A DNA stretch of 64,000 bases from sequence record PP355766.1. One strand, written 5' to 3'. Under the pieces are notes generated by a model. It ran no database searches. It was not told the DNA's origin and was given only the letters and a program-made list of their open reading frames with translations. The position numbers and the translations under genes are program-made. Below are positions 52,013 through 61,878 of this stretch, piece after piece. The number at the start of each line of letters is the position of its first letter. The stretch's first letter is position 1.

Positions 52013-52906
52013 CTAAAAATCACCGTGGGCTACTTGCCAGCATTCAACACCAATACGACGCCACATTTCAACTACCTGCGCCCTGTCATCTACTGCAAGT
52101 TTGACATTATAACGATCAGCAATTCGGTCCCAGAAGATTTCTTCTTTTACCACATCATCTTTGCGTGAATCGCCATGTTTACGTTGGAAGTGTTCGCCTG
52201 TTTCGCCAACATGGTCCAACAACCATTTCTTCGTAATGCGTTGATAAACAGTAGGGTCTTCTTTAGTTCCAGACTCTCTACCAGAAACGGTAAGAATTTT
52301 ATATCCTTTGTTACGAAGCATTTTAAGAAATTCAATTACCATTTCCTTTGGATGGTCTTTACCACATTTGGCCAAGTCATAAGGAGAACGATGATTGTTA
52401 TCTGCTAACGTGCCGTCAAGGTCAAAGATAACTGCTTTTGGCAATGATTCGTCTGGAATGTACAAATCATATGGATGCATCTTAGAATAGAAGCTACGAA
52501 GCACTTCAATAGGAACTGCATTCGCGCCACGATAGAGGTTACGATTAAGCAATTCAGTCCAAGGAACATCAAAGCGTTTAATTTCCCACTTGACACCATC
52601 AATTTCGTATGCCAGCTCTTGCCACTTCTTGATAGTCGTTGGGTTAAGGTTAGTATCAGCAATGATGACACCTTTAGTGGTTTCCATCTCGAGTAGAGTC
52701 TTCGCCATAGAAAACTGACATACAGATACGGACTTCTCGCGAAGCTTAGAATATTTGTAATCATTACGTTTATCAAGGCCAAAGATGCCTTCACGCAAAT
52801 CATCACGAGACAAAACATACCAACCTGGATTAGATGCTACATATTCATTAGCCCAGGTTGTTTTACCAGAGCCTGGAGCTCCTTGTGTCAAAACCAATTT
52901 TTTCAT
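52013..52906 (-). CDS. pseT: polynucleotide kinase/phosphatase
   Basis: GAPGSGKTT, RDDLR, FDLDGTL, VDDR. Confidence 0.97.
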   Translation of the reverse strand: MKKLVLTQGAPGSGKTTWANEYVASNPGWYVLSRDDLREGIFGLDKRNDYKYSKLREKSVSVCQFSMAKTLLEMETTKGVIIADTNLNPTTIKKWQELAYEIDGVKWEIKRFDVPWTELLNRNLYRGANAVPIEVLRSFYSKMHPYDLYIPDESLPKAVIFDLDGTLADNNHRSPYDLAKCGKDHPKEMVIEFLKMLRNKGYKILTVSGRESGTKEDPTVYQRITKKWLLDHVGETGEHFQRKHGDSRKDDVVKEEIFWDRIADRYNVKLAVDDRAQVVEMWRRIGVECWQVAHGDF

Positions 52907-53118
52907 TATACATCCTTAAGAGTGTCAATAAAATCATGAAGAGCCTTAGACTTTTCACCCCAATTAGCACGATATTTTTCTTTAATTGCTCGCAATGGCT
53001 TATTCATTGACAGTATATCATTTTTGTCATAATTTTCAGCTGCGCGTCCAAACACGATGCACGCCAATTCATTTTCAGCAATTAACCCTTTAAGTGTTTC
53101 ATACTGCTCTCGGTTCAT
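52906..53118 (-). CDS. hypothetical protein at the pseT.1 position
   Basis: TAATG coupling with pseT. Confidence 0.7.
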   Translation of the reverse strand: MNREQYETLKGLIAENELACIVFGRAAENYDKNDILSMNKPLRAIKEKYRANWGEKSKALHDFIDTLKDV

Positions 53119-53128
53119 TATAATACCA

Positions 53129-53416
53129 TCACTTAACGCAACGAGGTTCTTTAAGTTCAGAACGATAATAACATATCATTCCGTTAGCATCTTTAGTATA
53201 ACGTAAAATGTCATTCATCCAGATGCGATACTCTTGCGACTCTTCAAATGGCATACCAACCCAGGCTTTACCATCAATTACTTTTACTTCCCAATGTCCT
53301 TCCCATTTTTGAATTGGGTCTGGCCACTCAGGATGCAAAACCGGGACATCCGGTGCACTAGAAGAGCATCCAGCAAGTAAGCTGATAATACCCATGGCTA
53401 ATAGACTTCGTTTCAT
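53129..53416 (-). CDS. pseT.2: o-spanin (PseT.2)
   Basis: Lipobox LAGC; HPEWP; CYYR. Confidence 0.9.
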   Translation of the reverse strand: MKRSLLAMGIISLLAGCSSSAPDVPVLHPEWPDPIQKWEGHWEVKVIDGKAWVGMPFEESQEYRIWMNDILRYTKDANGMICYYRSELKEPRCVK

Positions 53417-53766
53417 CTGGTAGCCTCCTGGATATCTTCTGCAAACTTATTGAAGCTTGCATTAATCTGTTTTTCAACTAACCCAGGTTTAGCTGCAACT
53501 ACGTTTCCGCGCTTAGAATCTTTATTCATCTTAGCGTTAGAAGTATCACGAGCTGCTCGGTTTTCCTGATAGCCTTTATATGTTGTCTGCAGATTTTTTA
53601 TAGAAACACCGATATTTTCTATTTCTTTTGCTTGTCGATCAGATTCGTCTTGGACGACTTTGAGGTCAGCTTTAAGATTTTCTACCCGCCACGAAAGATA
53701 TTTCAATCCACCGGCGGATAACGCTAACACTCCAATCATCAACCAAGTTGTGTTTATTTTGAGCAT
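53413..53766 (-). CDS. pseT.3: i-spanin (PseT.3)
   Basis: N-terminal TM, coiled coil, KPGLVEKQIN. Confidence 0.9.
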   Translation of the reverse strand: MLKINTTWLMIGVLALSAGGLKYLSWRVENLKADLKVVQDESDRQAKEIENIGVSIKNLQTTYKGYQENRAARDTSNAKMNKDSKRGNVVAAKPGLVEKQINASFNKFAEDIQEATR

Positions 53767-54263
53767 AATTTAAGGATAACCTCTACGATATCATCACGGG
53801 ATAATCCCGAAATGAGGATGTGACGATCAGAACTTTCCGAAGGAGAACACTTGAAGCAAGCTTCTACATATTCTGCCATCTCAGAATAATTCAGCTCGCG
53901 ATGCATAATACCAAGACGATGCTTGCCATAAATCGGGTCAACAATTACATAGCATTTGCATCCGTTAGCATGAACGTTTGGCTGGGTGATGTTCTTGAAC
54001 ACCTCTGCACCATACTTCGCGAGATGATTATCTAGGAAATCAATCATTTCATCTACGGCTTCAGGCAAAGCTTCGGCACGCTGCTCGTTCACACGATTAG
54101 TGTACTCTTTTTGCTTCTTACGAGCAGCTTCCTTGCGCGCCATGTGCGTCCGTAGGTCAGTGACGAAGCCCACCTTCTTGGTACCATTCCACACAAAAAT
54201 CCCATCAGAATGAGTACCATATTTGTTAACAACCATATCTAAAGTAATTGCTTGCATGTCCAT
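53754..54263 (-). CDS. alc: Alc, inhibitor of transcription on cytosine-containing DNA
   Basis: MDMQAITLDMVVNKYGTH; synteny. Confidence 0.9.
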   Translation of the reverse strand: MDMQAITLDMVVNKYGTHSDGIFVWNGTKKVGFVTDLRTHMARKEAARKKQKEYTNRVNEQRAEALPEAVDEMIDFLDNHLAKYGAEVFKNITQPNVHANGCKCYVIVDPIYGKHRLGIMHRELNYSEMAEYVEACFKCSPSESSDRHILISGLSRDDIVEVILKLCSK

Positions 54264-54293
54264 TTCAATATCCTCATCAGTTGATATAAGTCT

Positions 54294-54323
54294 ATAGTAT
54301 CACACTCTGATGAGGATGTAAAC
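54294..54323 (-). promoter_or_regulatory. T4-type early promoter for alc
   Basis: GTTTACA-17-TACTAT. Confidence 0.85.
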
Positions 54324-54325
54324 AA

Positions 54326-55258
54326 CTATTCTTCAGAAATTTCAATTTCTTTTTCGTACTCTTTTGGAACATATCCTGCCCAGTACTTCAAGAACACCCT
54401 TTCGAGGTCTTTAAGCAGTTTATCTACATCTACAGTTCCTTCGTACATGTTCATGATAACACCAAACAGATGGCGCTGATTAACCGTTGCTTTCTGAGCA
54501 GCAATAGCGTAGTCTTTACGAGCACGACCTCTGTATTCATCATAGAATGACTGACATAGCTCAAGTGACTTTCCGAGGTAATCTAGATAAGCTTGCTCAA
54601 ACGCAGAAATTTTCTTAATTGCGTATTCATCTCCAGCAAAAAGAGAACGCAAGTCATCGGAATTTGCAGATACGACAGACGCAAACAGTCTTTCATTTGA
54701 CGTTATTGAGTCTTTAGTGTGATGAAGAGCAGAATACCATTCGGTCTTAACCTTAAATCTCTGTCCAGTGTTTAGAACTGCAATGTACCCTTCTACGCCT
54801 TCAAGTTCACGAACACCTTCAACCCAAGTTGTGGGGTCAGAAATTCCGTAAGCATTGATTAAATAAGGACGAATTTTAGCGTTAGCGTACAAATCATCAT
54901 ATTTAATATACTCGCCAGTTGTGTTATTACGGACGTTTAACACAAACAGCTGTGGCTCCTGATATGCTAAAACAACACGATTATTAGGTGAAACAAATTC
55001 CATGTTTACCGTATAACCATCTAGCGCTAACTCAAGAATAACCTGATGAAGCGAAGAATATTCTTCACTGTTAAGCAAAGCTGAGGCTTGTCTTGCCTGG
55101 TCACTGTAGAGAGATGTTTTTGACTTAAGGTATAGATACCCATCATCGACATAAGATGATACTAGAGAGCCATCAGCCTTATCCATAATGTATTCTACAT
55201 CACTAATATCAATTCCCATCGTTAGTGGGTTTTCATTCAAATTGAAGAATTTTTCCAT
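54326..55258 (-). pseudogene. rnlA: RNA ligase 1, 5'-truncated at the junction
   Basis: Begins at internal MEKFFNLNENP; KADG catalytic motif present; N-terminal ~70 aa absent; no RBS. Confidence 0.9.
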
Positions 55259-56032
55259 ACAAATATTTCTGACGATTTAGTTGGTCGTACGATTTATACT
55301 GCTTCCGGTCGTAGTAATGTGACTTATATCGAGAGAGAATACCGGGATGGTCGTCTGTTATGGCGTATTACTATTCATAACTTATCAGGACGGTTCATTG
55401 AAGGCCAGGAAATTAAATCAGAGCGTACGGACTTTGAGGGTATTATAGTTCAAGGTGTCCGTGGAAAGGATATGCTGAGTAATAACATTGATTATATAAA
55501 CCGCAGCCGTTCTTACTATGTTATGAAAATTAAGTCTCAGCTTCCTACTTCTCGGTTCCGCGACGATGTATTAAGGTTTGTTCATCCGGTAGGTTTCGGT
55601 TTCATTGGTATAACGTTGTTGACAATGTTTATCAATAGCGGTTTAAATATGAAGCATGTTGAGACTATCATAAATAAACTCAAGAACTATAAATGGGATG
55701 CAGGACTGCCATCAGTTTATCCTGATAGAGTTGCTATTATCGCTTCAGATGATACAATAGAAAGAGACCCAATAACTAATGAGCCTAGGTATTCTTCACG
55801 TGCTCAAGCTGGTGAACCTTTCCCGTTACCTGCTAACTATAATCAAGAAAATAACAATAGTGTTATCGCTGGACAAAACCCTGGACAACGACGTAAGCCG
55901 TTAAGTCCTACGTTTGACCAATCAGCAGTAACGTTTGCTAATTATCGCGATTTAGTTAACCAACGTCTTAAAGACGATGCAGGTAATCCTCGCGATCCTG
56001 AAAATCCGACACAGGTAAAAATTGATGAGTAA
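55259..56032 (+). pseudogene. 7: 3' fragment of baseplate wedge gp7
   Basis: Frame open from 55259; FVHPVGFGF...GNPRDPENPTQVKIDE matches the gp7 C-terminus. Confidence 0.9.
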
Positions 56033-57050
56033 TTCAACAAGAGCAAGTTCAACGCGTAGCACGATTTATCGTGCTATCATTACATCTAAGTTTAGAACTG
56101 AAAAGATGTACACATTTTATAAATCAATTGGTCCGGGAACGGACCAAAACACATTGTATGTTTCATTTGGAAAAAGCACTCCGTGGTCAGATAACGAATC
56201 TGAACCTGGGTTTGCACCTCCATACCCGGCCGATAATGAAGACGGTGTGGTTGATATTTGGACAAATATGATGGGTGCAGTCAAAATTGAATCATCTATG
56301 CTTGACTGTGTTGTTCCAAGAAGAGACTGGGGAGATACAAGATATCCTAATCCACGCACATTTTTAATCGGCGATATCGTTGTTGCTAACTCTGCGCCAT
56401 ATAACAGAACTGATGCTGGATTTGGATGGATGGTATATAGATGTATTGATGTTCCAAAGAATGGAATGTGTTCAATTGGTAATCTTACAAGCAAAGAAGA
56501 ATGTATTAAGCTTGGGGGTAAATGGACACCATCCACTATTTCCGGTTCAGCGCCTCGTGGACGTGGTGATGCAAACGGTACCGTCGATTTGGGTGATGGA
56601 TATCTTTGGGAATATCTATATGAAATTCCAGCCGACGTATCAATTAACAGATGTACAAATGAATATATCGTAGTTCCTTGGCCAGAAGAGATTGAAGAAT
56701 CTCCAGCTCGTTGGGGATTTCAAAACAACTTAACTTGGCAGCAAAACGACTTTAACCTAATCTATCGTATGAAGTGTAATACGATTAGATTTAAAGCATA
56801 CCTTGATGCAATTTATTTTCCGGAGTTTAGTCTTCCGGGAAATACTGGGTTTAGGCAGTTGTCAATTATAACTAATCCGCTTGAAGTTAAGCCAATGCCA
56901 AATTCTCCTAACGTTAAGGCTGAAAAAGGTTGGTATAGCGCTTCTGGTCTTGAAAGACAGTCAGGTGAAATGATTTACATGGAAAATCGGCAACCTATTA
57001 TACGTTCAATGGACCAAACAGAAGAGTTAAATTTAATTTTCGAGTTTTAA
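56025..57050 (+). CDS. 8: baseplate wedge gp8
   Basis: IYRAIITSKFRTEKM. Confidence 0.95.
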   Translation: MSNSTRASSTRSTIYRAIITSKFRTEKMYTFYKSIGPGTDQNTLYVSFGKSTPWSDNESEPGFAPPYPADNEDGVVDIWTNMMGAVKIESSMLDCVVPRRDWGDTRYPNPRTFLIGDIVVANSAPYNRTDAGFGWMVYRCIDVPKNGMCSIGNLTSKEECIKLGGKWTPSTISGSAPRGRGDANGTVDLGDGYLWEYLYEIPADVSINRCTNEYIVVPWPEEIEESPARWGFQNNLTWQQNDFNLIYRMKCNTIRFKAYLDAIYFPEFSLPGNTGFRQLSIITNPLEVKPMPNSPNVKAEKGWYSASGLERQSGEMIYMENRQPIIRSMDQTEELNLIFEF

Positions 57051-57052
57051 TT

Positions 57053-57078
57053 ATGGGGAGCCTTTGGCTCCCCATTTT
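57053..57078 (+). terminator. terminator after gene 8
   Basis: ATGGGGAGCC-TTT-GGCTCCCCAT-TTTT. Confidence 0.85.
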
Positions 57079-57080
57079 TA

Positions 57081-57088
57081 TATAAATA
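57081..57088 (+). promoter_or_regulatory. late promoter for gene 9
   Basis: TATAAATA. Confidence 0.85.
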
Positions 57089-57116
57089 AGACTATACTTT
57101 GATATGAGGTTAACCT

Positions 57117-58028
57117 ATGTATACAGATAAGGGTAAAAAAATAATTGACGTCGGTGAGATTGGTAATGCTTCTACCGGCGACATTCTGTATGATGGCGGT
57201 GTGAAAATTAATGATAACTTCGACGCCATTTATAACGCCTTCGCTGATCAACGATTATTTGCAGCTGGTGGTGGAGCTTTAAACCAAAAAATCCACGCAA
57301 CAAGTTATTACCAAAAGATAAAATTTGGTGATGCTAACTCGGCCGGTACAGTTCCGATGGGTTCATGCATAGATGCTGATTGCTCAGAAGGGGCAGTTCA
57401 AATTCGTCTTTCAAAAGGTAAAGCGGGAGAAGCTGTATTCGTTGTAAATAGTAATGGCTCAGCATCAAAAGCTAGATCCATAAAAATAACAACAAACGGC
57501 GAAGGTGTAGCAGATGCGTTTAAAGACGGATCGCGAGAATTGATTATCAACACACCAAGATGTAGAATTGAATTGTGGTGTGTTGAAGTCAAAGCTAACG
57601 GTGCTGCAGTTTGGGATTATTCAATTTCAAGTATGTTTGGCAGCACATATTCGCCGTTAGAAGCTACATATAATTTAACGAGTTCTCCTATTAATATTCG
57701 GCTTGGATATAACGATGATTACTCTACTGTTAAATTGTTATTAAGCTTCAGCGCAAATCCAGGTGGTCAAACCATCAAAAGGCAATCATCTGAAGTCATG
57801 CTTATGATTGACCCGACTATTACTTCATCAGCGCCAAACGGAAGAGTATTTGACACTGAATATGCAGTGTTAAGAAGCGGTGAATCATCTGAAAATGAAA
57901 AGATGTATTCTATTTCATACTCTATTAACGCGCAGAAAGATTTAATATGCACAGCTTCAACATCTTATGGAAACGCACGTTTGGCAGTTAAAGTTATTGC
58001 TACACAGACCGTAGGGGTATCTCAATAA
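57117..58028 (+). CDS. 9: long tail fibre connector gp9
   Basis: IDVGEIGNASTGDILYDGGVKINDNF. Confidence 0.95.
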   Translation: MYTDKGKKIIDVGEIGNASTGDILYDGGVKINDNFDAIYNAFADQRLFAAGGGALNQKIHATSYYQKIKFGDANSAGTVPMGSCIDADCSEGAVQIRLSKGKAGEAVFVVNSNGSASKARSIKITTNGEGVADAFKDGSRELIINTPRCRIELWCVEVKANGAAVWDYSISSMFGSTYSPLEATYNLTSSPINIRLGYNDDYSTVKLLLSFSANPGGQTIKRQSSEVMLMIDPTITSSAPNGRVFDTEYAVLRSGESSENEKMYSISYSINAQKDLICTASTSYGNARLAVKVIATQTVGVSQ

Positions 58029-59851
58029 TGAAACAAAATTTGATAGTAGGCCAATCAGTAGATGATGGGTCTGGTGATTACCTCCGTAAAGGTGGTCTTA
58101 AAATTAATAACAACTTTGATGATTTATATTCAGAGTTAGGTGATGGTTCAGTTCCATTCGCAGCAGGTGCATGGAAAACTTTTAAAGCTAGCCCTACTGG
58201 AACTACTTTAAATGCTAAGTTTGGTCAGGCCTTTGCTATTAATACCCAGGCAGCAAGAGTTAACGTTCAGCTTCCAAAGGGTACAGCCAACGACTATAAC
58301 AAAGTTATTAAACTTCGTGATGTTTGGTCAACCTGGCGATTAAGCCCAATCACAGTTATTCCTGCTCAAGGCGATACATTAAAGGGTTCAGCTTCTCCTA
58401 AAATTTTCAATACTAACTTCCAAGATTTGGAATTGGTTTATTGCGCCCCTGGCCGCTGGGAATATATTGAAAATAAAACGGTAGATAAGCTAACTAACGG
58501 TAACTTAAGTACTGTAGCGAAAAAATCAATTATTGCTACTGCGGGTCAGACTGACTTTCTTAACATTTTTGATGGCGTAGAATATAACGAAGACTCGCTT
58601 AATGTATATCGTCGTGGTAATATTTTATATTACGGTGAAACCAGCGTTATGGATAAAGCCAATGCTGATTACGGTTCTCCTGGAACAGTAGCAGGTCAAT
58701 TGGTAGAATTAAACGGTAAAGACATTCGTTTAAAAGTTCCATGTGTTGAAGGGGAAGTAATAACATTTGAAACCTTCCTAGATGGAATTGGTGTTTATCG
58801 GTCTTCATACAACAAGTTGGCTATCCAGATACGAGATTCAGCCCAGACTACATCCCAGACGATTCCTGGGTCAATGATAGTAGATAACCTTGCTACTCTC
58901 CGCAGAATCACTCTGGATGACATGGGTGTACTTCCGGGCGTAGGGGTAAATCCTAACTCGCTTGAAATTTCATTGAACGGAAAGGAATTACTCGAAGCTG
59001 GAACTGCAGGTCTTCCTTTATTTTATTGTGAAGGCGCGGAAGGTGGATATGCAGAAGACTGTATAAACAATGGTGGTCAATGGGTAAATTCTAACCAAGA
59101 CTATAGACTGGAATTTGACTCAACTGGTACTAACGTCGAAGCTATTATTTTTGGTGAGGCGTTTGAAGATAAAGACCTTCTTACCGTCCGTTGGTTCAAT
59201 AATAACATCGGTACTACTATGGATATTGATGATATCATGGCAGAAACCGACCAAGTGTATATGAATGCTGAGCAATTAGTAACTCTAAAAAATCGCATTG
59301 AATACACTAACTATGATGAACCTAATCAGAAGAATATGCGTCCGGTTGCTGACGATATTATGATTAAAGTCAATAATATTGCAGCATTTTTTGACGTAAT
59401 TTATCCGATTGGCACGATTTATGAAAACGCTCACAACCACGCAAACCCTGCTGACTATATGGGATTTGGGGTGTGGAAGCTTTATTCACAAGGCCGTGTT
59501 ACTGCTGGTTGGAATAATGATTCATCTGATCCTTATTTTTCGCGTAACAACAATAACTTAAACGAAAATGGTCAGCCATCATTAACAGCAGGTGGAACGG
59601 TTGGAGATTTGACATTTACGTTAGGAAAAGAACACATTCCTGAACTAATGTCAAGAGATAAAGTTCTAATTTCAGACCCTGAACATGGAAGCGTAGTTAT
59701 CGGTGGATGTCAATTAGACCCAGACGCGCAGGGACCAGGTTATTCTAAATACCGTGAAGACACTGTTGCTGTAAACAACGGTGTAGTTCCAAATGACATC
59801 ACTAAAATTCAGCCAACAATCACCGTTTATCGTTGGATTAGGGTAGGTTAA
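58028..59851 (+). CDS. 10: baseplate wedge gp10
   Basis: DDGSGDYLRKGG..IYPIGTIYEN..TVYRWIRV. Confidence 0.95.
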   Translation: MKQNLIVGQSVDDGSGDYLRKGGLKINNNFDDLYSELGDGSVPFAAGAWKTFKASPTGTTLNAKFGQAFAINTQAARVNVQLPKGTANDYNKVIKLRDVWSTWRLSPITVIPAQGDTLKGSASPKIFNTNFQDLELVYCAPGRWEYIENKTVDKLTNGNLSTVAKKSIIATAGQTDFLNIFDGVEYNEDSLNVYRRGNILYYGETSVMDKANADYGSPGTVAGQLVELNGKDIRLKVPCVEGEVITFETFLDGIGVYRSSYNKLAIQIRDSAQTTSQTIPGSMIVDNLATLRRITLDDMGVLPGVGVNPNSLEISLNGKELLEAGTAGLPLFYCEGAEGGYAEDCINNGGQWVNSNQDYRLEFDSTGTNVEAIIFGEAFEDKDLLTVRWFNNNIGTTMDIDDIMAETDQVYMNAEQLVTLKNRIEYTNYDEPNQKNMRPVADDIMIKVNNIAAFFDVIYPIGTIYENAHNHANPADYMGFGVWKLYSQGRVTAGWNNDSSDPYFSRNNNNLNENGQPSLTAGGTVGDLTFTLGKEHIPELMSRDKVLISDPEHGSVVIGGCQLDPDAQGPGYSKYREDTVAVNNGVVPNDITKIQPTITVYRWIRVG

Positions 59852-59852
59852 A

Positions 59853-60524
59853 ATGACGATTGAAACTAAAACTCGTGAAGGAGCTAAAGTTAATTCAAGA
59901 TTAGCTGCTTTTTCAGAATATCGCGTTGACCCGCAAAATATTGCGGTAGGAAATACGGCTCCTATAGGGAGCCTAACCTTTGAACAAATGGATTTGGGGG
60001 TTTGGTATCCAAATACTGAAGCTGCTATTAATGATTTGATGTCATTGCAGTCAGCAGAAATTGGAACTATTATTTGCAATGACACTGGAATATCTCCACA
60101 GCCCGCACAGCAAATTACGCGTGCTACTTTTTCAGGTGTCGTTGCGTTAGAGCCAAAAGAAGACGGCTCTGTCGGTGACCCAGTAATAATTCATATTCTT
60201 GGCTTACCAATTAGAATTGCAAACGGTGATGACTTTGCAGCAGTAGCAACACGTTGGTATGATAAAGTAAAAGAATTAGAAGCTGTTGGAAAGGTTGTTC
60301 AACAGGTTACTCAATCGCCGGCAACACCCCAGTATGTTGATATTATTCATTTAGATTATCAGAACCATAATTTTGAAACATATAAAAAGTATGGTTTAAC
60401 TGTTGAATTTACTATTACTTCACCAGCTAAAGCAGGTTATGGGCAATGGGATGCTATCGGCAACGAATCTAAAACCTTCGGCGCGAACACATTTACTTTC
60501 CACTATTTTAGAAGGATGGGATAA
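59853..60524 (+). CDS. 11: short fibre connector gp11
   Basis: VNSRLAAF; synteny. Confidence 0.9.
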   Translation: MTIETKTREGAKVNSRLAAFSEYRVDPQNIAVGNTAPIGSLTFEQMDLGVWYPNTEAAINDLMSLQSAEIGTIICNDTGISPQPAQQITRATFSGVVALEPKEDGSVGDPVIIHILGLPIRIANGDDFAAVATRWYDKVKELEAVGKVVQQVTQSPATPQYVDIIHLDYQNHNFETYKKYGLTVEFTITSPAKAGYGQWDAIGNESKTFGANTFTFHYFRRMG

Positions 60525-61870
60525 TGGCCCAGAATAACTATAATCACTACAGTGATTTGGCCAAATATACGATATTTGACCCAACAAATACACAATGGCC
60601 TGTTGCTATAAAAGACGTCCAATCAGCGTTAGAGCTGATTGGTAGCTGGGCAAGAACTGATACCGGATTACCTGTAGCATCTCCTACAGTAGCCGGTGTA
60701 ATTCGCACAGCAACACAGGCTGAAGTTGATGCTGGAACTATTGGTAATGCTGCGGTAACTCCTGCTACATTAAAATCCACAGTTACCCGTCCTGAAGCAA
60801 CTACAGCAGTTCTTGGCTTAACACGGTATGCTACTAATACTGAAGCCGCAGCATTAACCGCAGGAAATAGAACTATTACCGCGGCGGCTCTCGGTCATGT
60901 GTTTAAAACTGTGAAAGCCCAAGAAAACGTAGATGGAACTGTTAGGTTAACTACTGCGGCTCAAGCGCAAGCAGGAACTGACGAAACTACCGCAGTAACT
61001 CCTAAGCGTGTTGTAGAAATGATTGGAAAGTTCAGTGTCAGTCCTCCTAGTTATACCTCTGCGACAGAAAGCAACTTGGGATTAGTTCGTGTCGCAACCC
61101 AAGCCCAGGTAGCAGCAGGTGCTGTTCACGATGGATACGCAGTAACTCCAAAAACCTTCATGGCATCAAAAGCGTCTGACAGCGTATTTGGTATAGTAAA
61201 ATTTGCTAAAGACTCAGATGTGGCTTCAGCTACTTCTAACAATTTGGCTGTTACTCCAAAAAGTCTTCAAGCGCTAAAATCCACCAAGGATAAATATGGA
61301 TTAACCAGATTATCAGGTTCTCCAACTACTGATGCTTCATTGGCAGCGGCTGCAACAGATGCAGTCTTTAAAACCCGTAGAATAAACGGAAAAACTCTTG
61401 ATAATGACATAACAATTACTAATAATGATATTAATTGTTATACAAGACAAGAATCTGACGGGCGTTACATGCCAGCTGGAACCAGAGTAGGTAATGTTAC
61501 TTGGGTTGAAGGACAATCTTGGATTAGTCGAGGTGCAACGTTTACATGTAATGCACCATGGGAAGCTTCTAGTAGATTAGCTCTAAACGTTAATGTAAAA
61601 TTTGAGCGTAACAACGACGGATATGACAATCGTATTTTCAGATTTGTTGTAATAGTTAACGGTTCCCAATGGGGAGGTGAACTTACTCTTAACATCGAAA
61701 ATACTAAAGGCGGACGAAATGGTCATTCATGGAGATTTGAAGCTTACGCATCTAGCAACTTTTTCTTCAATAACATTCCTCCAAATGCCACTGTTCAAAT
61801 AAGACCAACAGAAGACAGTCGTATTATATTTTATGACTGCATGCTTACATTCTGTACAAATAGACCGTAA
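60524..61870 (+). CDS. 12: short tail fibre gp12
   Basis: G..R.AT.AE..AG..AVTP repeats. Confidence 0.93.
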   Translation: MAQNNYNHYSDLAKYTIFDPTNTQWPVAIKDVQSALELIGSWARTDTGLPVASPTVAGVIRTATQAEVDAGTIGNAAVTPATLKSTVTRPEATTAVLGLTRYATNTEAAALTAGNRTITAAALGHVFKTVKAQENVDGTVRLTTAAQAQAGTDETTAVTPKRVVEMIGKFSVSPPSYTSATESNLGLVRVATQAQVAAGAVHDGYAVTPKTFMASKASDSVFGIVKFAKDSDVASATSNNLAVTPKSLQALKSTKDKYGLTRLSGSPTTDASLAAAATDAVFKTRRINGKTLDNDITITNNDINCYTRQESDGRYMPAGTRVGNVTWVEGQSWISRGATFTCNAPWEASSRLALNVNVKFERNNDGYDNRIFRFVVIVNGSQWGGELTLNIENTKGGRNGHSWRFEAYASSNFFFNNIPPNATVQIRPTEDSRIIFYDCMLTFCTNRP

Positions 61871-61878
61871 GGAATAAT

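Larger units (their letters stand above)
31873..55258. other. Segment B: T4-like (Straboviridae) genome fragment, uvsW to rnlA
   Basis: T4 gene order, TATAAATA late promoters, GTTTAC..TACTAT early promoters, visibly more AT-rich. Confidence 0.95.
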
